A stretch of DNA of 62,428 nt, counting the filler, from Diploschistes diacapsis (Eukaryota), in the NCBI GenBank assembly GCA_023645945.1. It is 18 parts of 18 records of this genome, joined end to end, with 100 filler letters (N's around TTAATTAATTAA, not from the genome) between each part and the next. Parts side by side here need not be neighbours in the genome. Positions count along the whole stretch, not along the records: positions 1 to 2,144 come from JALAIB010002346.1; positions 2,245 to 4,383 come from JALAIB010002347.1; positions 4,484 to 6,621 come from JALAIB010002348.1; positions 6,722 to 8,859 come from JALAIB010002349.1; positions 8,960 to 33,492 come from JALAIB010000235.1; 13 more parts are not named here. One strand, given 5' to 3'. The position numbers and the translations under genes are program-made. The notes below the pieces were generated by a model. That model did no database searches and was not told the origin of the DNA. It worked only from the letters and a program-made list of their open reading frames with translations. Shown in pieces: positions 1 through 12,013 of this stretch; within the stretch, counting starts at the first letter, position 1, and each line of letters opens with the position of its first letter.

Positions 1-22
1 GTCTAGTACTTGGATCGTAACA

Positions 23-221
23 ATATATTAAAGTTTAAAAGTCTTATTTATGAGATTATTTTATTTTACAGACTTTTATCCTTATGAAATACGTTAAGCC
101 TTATTACCTATACTATTCCCTATTCGGTCTAGTTGGGATTCCAGGAGGTTCAGCAGAACTGAACCTCCCTCTGGAACTTAGTTGGACTCCCAGCCATACC
201 TTCTGCCTGTTCTGCTCAACA
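23..221. mobile_element. Terminal part of a long LTR-like repeat (family L1) ending ...GCTCAACA
   Basis: Aligns with 41940-42140; related termini at 40302-40570, 59996-60213 (reverse) and 2790-2910 (reverse). Positions 1-22 are the end of a different LTR (TTGGATCGTAACA). Confidence 0.65.
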
Positions 222-433
222 GGTATCTTTTTAAAAAACGTAATAAAAGAGTAGAAATCGAGATGTAATATAATTAAAAATGAGCATCGCGTTTATAAAA
301 GATATAAGCATTTAAAGAAAAAAATAATAAAATAATCAATTTAGGCGCCTATTAAACTACCGGGGTCATATAACGATAAAATTATATAACGGCAGGGTTA
401 TATAACGATAAAATCATATAACGGTAAGATCAC

Positions 434-603
434 TGTAACAGCGGGGGTAGTGCCTAATAGGGTAGCGCTATCCCACTGAGCCAAAAGACTAACACAATGC
501 TTTCAGGAACCCCGAAGCACTGTTTCCCTATTACAATATATATAGGTGCGTGGCTGTGGCAGCAGGGGGACCTGAACCCTAGGGCGCACCTTTGGGCGTT
601 ACA
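434..603. mobile_element. 170-bp solo LTR with 5-bp TSD
   Basis: TGTAAC...GTTACA termini with ATCAC on both sides (429-433, 604-608); further copies at ~47131-47245 and ~47516-47686. Confidence 0.9.
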
Positions 604-709
604 ATCACATAACAGGTACCAGCCGTATTAAGGATGTTAAAAAATAATTATATAGACGGGTAGAACCCGAACTTCGTAGAACTAATATCTATATATTATT
701 TATTCCTCT

Positions 710-1542
710 TATAAACATAAAAGTAAGCGGCAGACTTGGTAGGGGTGTTCCCCACAGGGCAGCTCCATTTAAAGAGGCCTGCTAGGTAGCTCTAGACAAA
801 AAAAGGCATCCTACACCTCACAAATATTCTACCTAGGTATGCTATTAACTACGAAATCATATTACATTCCTCTACTACACCACCTACGACTACCTACCTA
901 TTACAGCAAGAGAAGTCTCCCTAAACAACGCGCCTTGTGTTTATAATAAAGGCTAATCTAAGAAATTGTTTAAAAACCTTTCCACATCTTACGAAAAATA
1001 AAAAGAAGATTACGATCTAAAAGTTCCAGGCATAACAAAAAAACATTATTTATAAGAATATAGAAAAAGAAATGAAGAGGACATCTAATTGTCCTTAAAT
1101 GACCTACCAGCATTAAAAAAATAAAAGAGCAGAATTTAATTAAGATATATTCAAAAGATTAAGCTGCGAATAAGTAAAATATTAAAAAAGAATTGAAAAT
1201 TAAAGATTATCGATATTAAAAACAACAGGCATTATTAACTCGAGTTACTCGGTACCGAACGGAAATTAAGTAGATTAATTAGGATTATACGAATACGAAC
1301 GGTAAAGAATAGGGATCGAATACGAGTTTTAAGGAAGAACAGCAAAAAACAAATGAACAAATGAACAAAAGAACCAATATTATCGGAACGAGAGAACCAG
1401 GGAACCAAAAAAAGAAAAAAGAAGGAAAGAACAATAAAAGAATAAGGCGGATATAAAGAACAAAAAAAAATTTAATACATTATTGAAGCCAGGGACTTTG
1501 CAATAGAAAAAATAAGAAAAAATATAATGTTATGATTCTAAA
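710..1542. mobile_element. Long LTR-like repeat (family L1), RIP-mutated, interrupted by hAT MITE
   Basis: Colinear with 40798-41695; differences are mostly C>T/G>A; the empty MITE site is visible at ~41688. Confidence 0.75.
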
Positions 1543-2144
1543 TAGGCTGGCCGTTGCGTGCCACGGTCACTAACACGGACACTACCGCGAAAATTTTCTC
1601 GGCACGGACACTTCCATGGACACTATATTATAATAAAAACACGGACACGGACACTACGGCTAAAATTTTTAAAACACGAATACTTCCACGGACACTATAC
1701 AATAATAAAAGCACGAACACGAAGATTACGGCTAAAAATTTTAAAACACGGACACTTCCACGAACATTATATTACAGTAAATCCACCGAAATATTACCGT
1801 AAATCCACCGAAACACCGCGATAAAAAAATAAAAACGTAAAAAATAAACGTAATAATTCTAAAATTATTAAAAAATAAATATTATTTAAAAATATTTCGA
1901 TAAAGACACGGACACGATAATAAATTTATTAACACGAACATTACGATTAAAAATTTTAAAACACGAATACTTCCACGGATATTATATTATAATAAAAGCA
2001 CGGACACGAACATTACGATTAAAAATTTTAAAACACGAACACTTTTACGGATATTACACTACAATAAAAGCACGGACACGGACACTACGGCTGAAAATTT
2101 CAAAACACGGACACTGCCAAGGCCGTGTCCGTGACGGCCAGCCT
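1543..2144. mobile_element. hAT-type MITE (~600 bp) with ACACGG arrays
   Basis: TIRs TAGGCTGGCCGT...ACGGCCAGCCT(A); internal ACACGGACAC repeats; same family has 8-bp TSDs at 35032 and 54077. Confidence 0.85.
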
Positions 2145-2244
2145 NNNNNNNNNNNNNNNNNNNNNNNNNNNNNNNNNNNNNNNNNNNNTTAATTAATTAA
2201 NNNNNNNNNNNNNNNNNNNNNNNNNNNNNNNNNNNNNNNNNNNN
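2145..2244. other. Artificial contig spacer N44-TTAATTAATTAA-N44 (first of 17)
   Basis: Identical 100-nt spacers with stops in all six frames at 2145, 4384, 6622, 8860, 33493, 35730, 37966, 40202, 42437, 44671, 46896, 49121, 51346, 53568, 55784, 57999, 60214. Confidence 0.98.
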
Positions 2245-2262
2245 CAGTTATTCCGACCGAAA

Positions 2263-2758
2263 TATTGACGGTCATAAATTTTAGCGGTGGCTCAGGTGGA
2301 GAAGCCACCTTTAGTATAAAAACTTAGATTTTGTCAGAATACTAACCTAAATAGGTTAGTCAGATTGCTTATTAAGTTATTAGCATGTTTAAATATTCTA
2401 GAAGGTTCTAAAATATTCTAGAACATAATAGAATATCATCGAAGATTATGGAATATTATAAAATATTCTAGAATAACTTATTCTAGAATATTCGGCTTAC
2501 TAATACATGGAATGATTTAGAAGGATAAGGAACATTCTAGAATAATGATTACTAGCGTGAAATGTGCCTATAAAAGGCCTCTCACCCTCCATCGTTCCTA
2601 GTTATAACCTTGAACCTCTTCAATATCTTTACTGTACAATAGTCAGGTACCAGGCTAGGCAGGCTAGGATTATTCCCTAGTTAGGACTAGCGGAAGAATA
2701 CACTCTTAGTCATCAGTTACCTATTAGGACTTCCACCACTTTCAACAAATATTCAACA
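2263..2758 (+). mobile_element. Probable solo LTR (~500 bp)
   Basis: Termini TATTGA (RIP of TGTTGA)...TCAACA, internal TATAAAA; no TSD seen. Confidence 0.5.
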
Positions 2759-2910
2759 GACAAATAGAAAACATAACTAAAAATACGACTAAATTCTAAA
2801 GGAAGGTTCAGTTCAACTGAACTCCGAGGTTCAGTTCAGCTAAACTTCCTAGGATTTCAACTAGACCGGTTTAGGAATAGTGTAAATAATAGAACTTAAC
2901 GTATCTCATA

Positions 2911-3600
2911 ACGTATATGCATACCGAGCAGACACTTATAGCGAACGGATATCCCTTATTTAATTTTACGAATTTTCAATTTTTGTATCAATTTCTTACG
3001 GGTACCATCATGGAATCATTTATAATTAAAAATAGAATTATAATGACATTTTAAGCTATTAAATAAGTCTTAAAGCTTAATATAAAACGCGTATATTAGA
3101 TATATAAGATTCCTTGTACGACGCTTATTGTTTAACGCGATAATCGTACTCTAAGATACGATATCTTAATCAACTTAATAAATTTAATTTTATTTAAAAA
3201 AACGATTTTTAAACGTACGATTAATTTAATCGAATATAGTTTTCCGTCGCGATAGAACGATATACGCGATATAATTAATTTAATACGCGTAATTCGAAAT
3301 ACGCCGTTAATCGAATTACAATAAACACAAAACTTCGTACGATAATAAAAAATGCTTAAAATACGTTATCAAAAAACATTAATTAAAAATCTACGAATCG
3401 TACGAAACTAATTCGACCTCGTACATAACGTAATTAACAAATATAATATTCTCGATTCGGATATCTACAATTTCAACGAAACCGGCTTTCTTATAAGAAT
3501 ATTAAGCTATATAAAGGTCGTAACTACTTTAGATCGCAAAAATAGACCTCGTACGAAACAACCCGATAATCGAGAATAAGTTTCTATTATCTAAACCATC
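2911..3600 (+). mobile_element. Fot1/pogo-family DNA transposon, 5' part, RIP-inactivated
   Basis: TA + TIR ACGTATATGCATACCGAGC; relic ORF from ATG 3010 includes KYNILDSDIYNFNETGFL...VVTT...QPDNRE*VSII (Fot1 DDE motifs YNFDETGF, QPGNREW). Confidence 0.88.
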
Positions 3601-3602
3601 TA

Positions 3603-4383
3603 ACGTATATGCATAGCGAGCGGACACCTTTCTCGATTCGTACGAGTTGCAATTACATTTACGCAATCAATTCTTACGATAATTCATTATATTAATTATT
3701 AGTATCTTCCTTAGAAGCTATAGATACTATTTCGCAAGTTCGCGTATTATACTCGAACTAATTATATTTACTATAGCGTCGTACGCGCAATCCGACCTCT
3801 TTCGTACGACCTTCATTTTCAGATATATCAACTTCTTTTATACGAATTTCGACCTTTAAAACTTATAATACGATTATTTTTAATACGTTAAATGATCTTT
3901 TAGCTCGTACGCCCGTTTTTTTAATTTTTCTTCGTTTATTAAATATTTTATTCGTCGTATAAAATGTCTTAATCTCGATTTTAGGAATTATTATTCAGCG
4001 TATAATCGTCCGCGTAAATAACCTATACAATAAAAACTTATTTTCGATTATCGAACTACTTCGTACGAGGTTTATCTTTATGATCTAAAGTAATTACGAC
4101 CTTTATATGGCCTAATATTTCCATAAGAAAGCCGATTTCGTTATATTCGAATCGAGAATATCATATTTGTTAATCACGTTACGTACGAGGTCGAATTAGT
4201 TTCGTACGATTTATAAATCTTTAATTAATATTTTTTAATAACGTATTTTAAGCATTTCTTATCATCATACGAAATTTTATATTTATCGTGGTTCGACTGG
4301 CGGCGTGTTTCGAGTTACGCGCATCAAATTAGTTATATCGCGTATATCGTTCTATCGCGGCGGAAAATTATATTCAATTAAAT
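3603..4383 (-). mobile_element. Second Fot1/pogo copy, inverted and internally deleted, nested in the first
   Basis: TA + same TIR at 3603; 4120-4383 is the reverse complement of ~3220-3495; RIP-ed C-terminal CxxCxxxxHxxxxC knuckle at ~3730-3790. Confidence 0.85.
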
Positions 4384-4483
4384 NNNNNNNNNNNNNNNNN
4401 NNNNNNNNNNNNNNNNNNNNNNNNNNNTTAATTAATTAANNNNNNNNNNNNNNNNNNNNNNNNNNNNNNNNNNNNNNNNNNNN

Positions 4484-5293
4484 TTATTGGGTTCTGCGTA
4501 TTACAATATTATTAAATATTTCTTTTTTAAGATTCTTATTAACGCTCGAATAAATGCCTATATTATTAGAAACGCTCGCGCCGCGTAAAAAGACGTCGGT
4601 ATCGAGTTTTTCGACTTTTTTAAATCGGTTTCTAAGGTTCTCGACACCGTCGACGATCTTTTTAACGCTTCTAAAACTCGTTATATCTTATTTACAACGT
4701 CTCGAATTTTCCAAGAAGTAAATTTTTTAAAAAACTCGATTTTAAATTTTCGATAAAAGCTTAAAATGTCCCGAAGTTCTTTTAAGATAATTAAAACGGT
4801 TAAAGAGGTTTTTACGAAGATTGCGCTTCTGGCGATAAAGAATAAAAGGTTTAGAAAAATCTCGACATATCGTTAAAAACGTAAGCGTATTATCGTAATT
4901 ATAAGAAGTAAGTTTTTAACCTTTATAAAAGCTATTAACGCGCGTTAGACGAAAGAACAAACATTTTACGAGCTTAATAAACAGAAGAGGTAGAAATAGG
5001 TTAAAAAAAAAGCTAACAATACTTTAGGCTACTGGAATGTATAAGAATAAAAAGATAATCCCGAAAGAAAAATTGATTATTTTAAAGAGGTTTCCTGTCG
5101 TTAGCGTCGTCGACGTTGGCGATTAGATATAATTAGATGAATCTATAGAGTCAGATATAGCTATTATTCGATCTATAAGGCTTTAAATTAATTACTTTTG
5201 AAGATATTTTATTTTAAATATTTACTATTGTAGTTTTGTTATTGTATCACGTGCTCGGTAACTAGGGTCTGCTCGGGTACTAGGGTCACGACT
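4484..5293 (+). mobile_element. 3' part of another Fot1-like DNA transposon
   Basis: RIP-degraded basic/coiled-coil tail (ALLAIKNKRFRK...KRKR); right end has two direct repeats GCTCGG(TA/GT)ACTAGGGTC then ACGACT, a Fot1-like TIR layout. Confidence 0.6.
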
Positions 5294-5513
5294 TTAGCAA
5301 AAAGCGGAGTTTGATTAGGTTGGAAAGGCCGATCTATTAGACGTCATCCCTGTTTCTAACGGTTCCCGGAAATTTCGACCCTCATCGTTTATGAAGAAAT
5401 CTATGCCTTTGGAAATGGAGTGCCATCACTGGTACAGCAAGAGGTCAACTTAAACGCCATCCATCTATCACTCTCGCTTGTCAAAAAACTTCGAGTGCAC
5501 TTGCTGACAAAAG

Positions 5514-6474
5514 ATGCTACAACAATCGCTGCGATTTTCGCAGTCTCTCACCTCCGGCGCCCAGTACCGTATTCCACGTATCTCCAGATTTGCAACAAGA
5601 GCTTTGTACAGGACCAGACAATCAGGGAATTTCGTCCATACGAGCTCACGGCTCTTTTCGGCGGCAGCACCGAATAATGCTGAAGCGGCGCAGTCCAGCG
5701 AGCCTCCGCCATCGACGAGCACCCCCCCCACGGCCGATGCTGCGGAGGATCCCATGAAGAAGAGGGTCGAGGCGCAAGATCGTGAAATCATAGACCTGAA
5801 GGTATGCATTCGATCCTTTCGCTGCCCTACCCCCTTGGCCTGCGGAACTCTAGCTCACCCCATGTCTCCCCTTGGTTTAGGACAAGTACCTTCGCTCCGT
5901 TGCCGACTTCCGCAACCTGCAAGAGCGTACGAAGCGCGATATCGGCTCCGCGCGGGATTTTGCCATCTCAAAATTTGCCAAGGACCTTATCGACAGCGTC
6001 GACAACCTCGATCGCGCGCTCACGACTGTGCCCGCCGATGCTTTGGTTGCGTCAGACGAGAACGCTTCTTCGGTGGATGGCGAGCAAGGCCCGGTGGTGG
6101 CGCCGAACAAGGACCTTGTGAGCCTGCACAGCGGCCTCAAGATGACGGAGCAGATCATGATGCAGACGCTGGCCAAGCACGGACTGGAACGGTACGATCC
6201 CGCGGAAAAGGAGGAGCGGTTTGATCCCAACCGGCACGAGGCGAGCTTCATGGCACCGATGCAGGGGAAGGAGGATGGGGTCGTATTCACGACGATACAG
6301 AAAGGGTTTATACTTAATGGGAGGGTGATCAGGGTAAGTATTCAGGCAATTTCTCTTTTCCCGAGCTCGGAAGTTCATGGAATAGAATCCAGTGCTTGGT
6401 TCATGATTGGCCGCAAGGACTCGGGCTGACCAAACTTCTAGGCCGCAAAAGTTGGAGTGGTTAAAAACTCCTAG
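5514..6474 (+). CDS. MGE1: Mitochondrial GrpE nucleotide-exchange factor, 3 exons (5514-5801, 5881-6333, 6442-6474), 257 aa
   Basis: R/S-rich presequence; DKYLRSVADFRNLQERTKRD, KFAKDLIDSVDNLDRAL, FDPNRHEA, KGFILNGRVIRAAKVGVV; canonical in-phase introns. Confidence 0.96.
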
Positions 6475-8544
6475 TTATACCCCCTCCGAAAACCCTTTGT
6501 ACATAGTCGAATCGCAACGCTATTATCCTGGTGTTTTGAAGCGGTTAGGAAGACATGCAGGTATTTGCAATGGCCATCTCCTATAGTTTGGGAAAGGGGG
6601 AAAGGGGAAAGGGCGATGGGGNNNNNNNNNNNNNNNNNNNNNNNNNNNNNNNNNNNNNNNNNNNNTTAATTAATTAANNNNNNNNNNNNNNNNNNNNNNN
6701 NNNNNNNNNNNNNNNNNNNNNACCTCCTCCTCCTCCTCCCCCTCCATAAAACCGTGACCAGTACCCCAACCCCCTCCTCACCTTGGCTATCTATACTCGA
6801 CGGCTTGTCGTCCAAACCTCCTTCTCTGCGCACCGTCACCGTCACCATCCTCATCCTCATGCCCCTCCATCCCCGCTCCGCTTTCCGTCCCTGTCCCGAA
6901 CACAAGTACGCATCTCCCTCTGCCTCTGCCCCAGCTCGCAATCTACCACTGCTCAGACCCTCTGGGGAGCTTCGGAAGCAGCAGCAGCAGAACGACTTTG
7001 TGCTTCGTGTGATTCGGCTTGTGCACCCGGCCCCCCTCCCCCCTCCTCCCCGGCTTTGGCATGTTTACTCAGCCACCCAGTCTCCTTTCTCCGCGAGATT
7101 CCGGATTCTCCACAGTGCAGGTACATGGGCCGAAGTTCCCTCGGGACTATGGTGGACCGGAGGGGTTATTTCCTTTGATGTTTGTAGGAGGGAAGGCTGG
7201 GCGTGCAGTACAGCCCGCCATACATGTATACTTGTACACAGCAGCGATCCCAGCAATCGGAGATATTCGACGGGAAAAAATCCATCCGTTCGTTGCGTAG
7301 CATAAGCTCCGCCCCTCCGCGCCCAACAACCTGGGGAGCGGCAACCCATGCTTCCATCGCGTACCGCTGTGTCTCACTGCAGACAAATGCAGAAGCAAGA
7401 CAACTCTGCACGAAATCATGCTGCTGATGCACGCAACAGCCATCTCGCCTGCACCTGTTCTTATTTTAGCAATCCCCTTCCTTCCCTGACATGGAACTAG
7501 CGTGCGGGCACCCGCCTCGCATTCGTCTACCGTACAGCAGCAAAGTAAAGCCCGGGTCGAGGTGGCGAACTGAACGTTGTCACCCGCCTCCCCTGAGCAT
7601 CTGAAGCGACACCACGACGTCCGGCAGGCTTAGTACGGAGGACTTACTGTACGACGTTTTTACGTCTCACTCTCCATTCCATTCCCCGCAGTACCACCAA
7701 CCTTGGATACTACCTTACTTTCTCGACGGGTCTCAGCGGTTTAATTTGGCGATCAATGCAGGAGAGGGAAACTCTTCTGCTATATTTAGCCTCAGGCTAG
7801 CGGATGGGCGACTCGGGAGAGCTTGCCGGATCAAGCATTGAGTTATCGTCATGAGGTGGCTACCTTGTGCAGGTCTTTTTTTTAGGGAGTGATTGGCCTG
7901 GCAGGCGGCTCGGTCCGTGTCGAGATCTGGAAAGAAAGAAGGAAAGAAAAGAAAGAAGGAAAAAGAGACGGAAGAGCCCCCTCCCCTTCCTCGCCACACA
8001 TACCTTGTAAGAATACACTCCAACCTTACACGCACAACGTCCCGTAGCCCGCAAACCGTAAAAGTTCATCACAGCTACAGCGTAGGTAGGGGGAATCAAA
8101 GTGTCAAGTTTACTGGTGCGCCAAATTCCAGATGCCAGATCCCAGATCACAAAAACTCAACGCTCAGAAAAAAATTTAAGCAGGGAACATGAAGCGCGAG
8201 TGTGGATATTGTTGCACGAAAGGGGGTCCCGTGGGCGCCCAATGGATGGGTTCTAACGGGCAAGGCCAGGACAGAATATGAATTGATGTACCAGGTAGGA
8301 GAAGGGGTGAGCGTTGAGGATGGAAGGTCAAGGTTGGGAAGTTCTGGATGGTGAGTTGTGAGCCTATGAAGATTGCCCGACGAGAAATACGAGACCACGA
8401 GTCAGCAGAGTAGGCCCGTTGAACGATCAGGAGTCAGATCAATATAATCTTATAACAGCAATAACTAAAAGATTGCCGTTTATCAGCCAGCCAGTTACTG
8501 ATCCCCAGCAGCTAACGGGGAGCGCTCCCCCTCCTACACACATA

Positions 8545-8650
8545 CAGTACTAGGCCAAAAGTAGTTAGGTACACCATAAGCGGCAGTAAAGAGTTGACTG
8601 TCTCTTTACTGCCGCTTATGGTGTACCTAACTACTTTTGGCACCTGACTG
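8545..8650. mobile_element. 106-bp Tc1/mariner-type hairpin MITE
   Basis: TA|CAGT...ACTG|TA; perfect 40-bp inverted arms 8554-8593 / 8602-8641 with an 8-nt loop; related ends at 9060-9098, 33344-33380 and 49620-49683. Confidence 0.88.
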
Positions 8651-8959
8651 TAGACACACAACTCACGAGCCCACAAGCACAAACAAGCGCCTCAATAAAT
8701 ACCGTGCCCTCTTTCTGCATCGCATCGCATCGCTTCACCCATCATCATCATCACCACCAGCAGCAGCCCCAAGTGCGCCGCATCGCTTGCTCGCTTGCTT
8801 GCGCAAGTAATCGTAAAAAAAAGTAAAAAAGCATCCTCCCCCCCCCCCATCACCACCACNNNNNNNNNNNNNNNNNNNNNNNNNNNNNNNNNNNNNNNNN
8901 NNNTTAATTAATTAANNNNNNNNNNNNNNNNNNNNNNNNNNNNNNNNNNNNNNNNNNNN

Positions 8960-9098
8960 ATAGATACTACGAATAAAGGGTATCAAAATGATCTAAAAAG
9001 CGCATTTGTAGGACATTATTTGGGTGCGCATCGCATCTCCAAAGTTGGTGATGTCTACTATAATTTAGGTAGGGACCATTACTTTTGGCACGTGACTG
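8960..9098. mobile_element. End of a Tc1/mariner-type element
   Basis: ACTTTTGGCACGTGACTG|TA matches the right TIR of the 8545 MITE. Confidence 0.7.
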
Positions 9099-9769
9099 TA
9101 GCCTTTGCTTTTCTACCCCTGATGCTGTTAATTGCCGCCGTGCTATTTCGGCAGCGGAGCTCCAGTTGGTAGAGTACTAACACAATCTAACCGTGTTGGT
9201 TCCCGCTGTTGGATGTTCGGTGCCCCATTCGACCGTGATGGTAAAATGGACTTCCATAACCAGAACTTGAATTCAGAATGACGATAGCAAAATCGCAATC
9301 TTTTTGCTTCACTGAGTTGGAAACCATTTGAAGCTATGCAAACTCTTGAGCTGCACGCATCATCAAGGAGATCTACTGTACCTGTTTGTGTCCTTGGAAA
9401 CATTGTCATGTCTCCTACCAGTAACAAAGCGATTCTGGGGACAAGGTTGTGCAATCCCAAGTCACTCAATTATGAAATGAAGCTGCTGGTTCCGCCGATC
9501 ATACTGTCAGTGCCTCATTCCTCATTCAGTGGCGTTTGCAAGAAGTAGGCCGTTAGGCAAGTAATCGTTGAAATACAAACAAACTTGGTAGTAGCGAGCA
9601 TGGATCACGTGAAACAACCACTACGAATGTAACCAGCGCTAAGCCAGTTCTGGAAGGAAACTGAGTAGGGGGAAACTTTCCAAGTAATAACATAGAGCTT
9701 CAGCGAGAGCGAGATTGACATTTGAACCCAAAATCCAATTCTGCCCGAGCATACGGTTGTGGACCTGAC

Positions 9770-11709
9770 ATGTCTAAATCTCAGGAAGAGGCCGTTTTAG
9801 CAGCCTCTGCGAGAGGCGCTACCTACTTGGTCCTTCTTCAGATCAGTTCTCGCGCTTTCACCTTCATTGTCAATCAGATCCTTCTCCGATACTTGTCCCC
9901 AGCGCTTCTCGGAATCTCGAGTCAACTGGAGTTGTTTATCATCTCCGTCCTTTACTTTTCACGTGAAAGCCTTCGGGTTGCACTGCAAAGGCAGGGTGGT
10001 AGAAACGACGGCAGCTCTCAAGTTGAAGGTGGCCACAATGCGATGAGCACAGTCGATAGGCGAGCACAGGAGGTTGTCAACCTTGCATACATTCCCATCG
10101 CCCTCGGACCCTTTCTTGCATATCTGTTTTCCCGGATCTATGTATCCAAAGCCACGCCCGATGTCTTAGCAATTCCACATATTCACCAAGCGCTCATGCT
10201 GTATTCCTTGGCTGCTGTACTAGAGCTGTTCATCGAGCCATGTTTTGCAGTTGCTAATCAGCAGATGCTTTACGGTCTCCGTGCTTCCGCCGAGACAGTC
10301 GCCACCTTAGCCCGTTGTGCTTTGACCTGCTCTGTCGCCATCTGGGGTAGCCGGACAGGAGAGTCATTGGGAGCACTCCCCTTTGCCTACGGCCAGCTCG
10401 GGTACGCCTCAGGCCTAATCTTTGTCTATTATGGGACTATGTGGAGTGGGGCTACAGGCTTCTCCCTAATCCCTCGAAGCCTTTCCGCTGAGTACGTGGA
10501 CCATAGAAATCTCTACTGTAGAATTACCTACTGACACGTACTAGTGATCACATACTCACCTTCTTTCTCCGCCCGGCCCTCGAACTAGCTCTTAACCTCT
10601 ACGCCCAATCTGGCCTCAAGCACCTCCTGACTCAAGGCGACAGCATCCTAATCGCTCTCTTCACCGACCTTGCCTCCCAAGGCGTCTACGCCCTTGCCTC
10701 AAACTATGGTTCCCTCCTCGCCCGCGTGCTCTTCTCTCCCATCGAAGAGAGCAGTCGCGGGCTCTTCGGCCGTTTGCTCTCCTCCCAAATCTGTCCAGCC
10801 ACCACAACCACCAACTCTAACGAATCCAGCCCGAATTCCGATGCGACCTCAAGCCCCAAACTTGCACCCCCATACTCAACCACCCAACACATTCCCCTCT
10901 CATCCCTCATGTCGGCATACACCTTCCTCACCACCCTCCTCCGCGCCTACTCCCTCCTCACCCTCCTCCTAACGACCGTAGCCCCGCATCTTGCGCCTCC
11001 ACTCCTCTCCTTCGTCGCCGGCCGCGCCTGGCGCTCCACCGCCGCTCCCAACGTCCTCGCTCTGTACTGCTACTACCTCCCCCTTCTCGCCTACAACGGC
11101 ATCCTCGAGGCGTTCGTCGCCGCCGTTGCCAGCCCCGCGGAGTTGAGGCGGCAGTCGCTGTGGATGCTTGCGTTTAGCCTCTCGTATGTGGTTGCGGGCT
11201 GGATGCTGCTGGGGGCATGGGGCCTTGGCGCCGAGGGGCTGGTGGGCGCCAATGCGGTGAATATGGTCGTAAGGATCGTTTGGACGGGGAGATGGGTTCA
11301 GGATTGGTGGGACGGGCAGAGGGAAAAGGAAACGGCAGAGAAGGAGAAGGACGTGCTGAGGTTCCGGGTGCTGAGCAGGGAGACATTGCCCAAGGCGAGG
11401 ACGGTGAGCATGGGGGTTGGGGCGTGGGGCGTGCTGCATGTGCTGCAGAGGCAGAGTTTCGACGGGAGCTCGAGGGACCTGGTGTTGGCGCTGGGGGTTG
11501 CGGGAACAGCGGGGTTGGGGATGTGAGTACCGTCTTTTTGTTCGTCTCTTGGGGAATTCGTCAAACAGGAAAAGGGCTGACCCACGGTTATCAACAGATT
11601 GTGGAGCGAGCGCCGGTTGGTGATCGAGCTTTACCGGACAGCGAGGCCCGGCAGAGGCGGAGGGAAAGACTCGGCAACCAGCAATGTCACCGAGAAGAAG
11701 GAATGGTAA
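9770..11709 (+). CDS. RFT1: Man5GlcNAc2-PP-dolichol translocation protein Rft1, 3 exons (9770-10491, 10545-11522, 11598-11709)
   Basis: LQISSRAFTFIVNQILLRYLSP, LYFSRESLRVALQR, LKHLLTQGD, YALASNYGSLLARVLFSPIEESSR, NGILEAFV; multi-TM; in-phase introns. Confidence 0.95.
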
Positions 11710-12013
11710 GGGTGCAAAGCATTGGGGAGCGGAAAGTACACACACACACATTAGACGGGCTAGACTAAGGCGCTCGAAAACTCGCTAAGCATTCAAATGA
11801 TGGTGGTGATGCCCCTCAAGTCAGTCCCTCGTCTAAATTCTATGTCCATAGATTTTCTATCTGATTCCATCCTCTTCATCCGTCGTACAACGCTTCAAAA
11901 ACATTGCTCAACTTTTTATTCCGTCCAATTTGTATGCAGGGAGGTTTTTGGGCCTTGAACCCAAACCCCCTTGTCCCCAGCGCGCGCACATGATTCATTC
12001 ATCCGCCGCCCGA

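Noticed and set aside
1554..1824. TDTDT/RTRT/VSVSV ORFs (also 35228-35716, 39367-39833, 48831-49176, 53997-54188)
   Set aside because: Translations of the ACACGG repeats of the hAT MITE, not genes.
2189..2200. Recurrent TTAATTAATTAA palindrome
   Set aside because: Always centred in N runs; assembly spacer.
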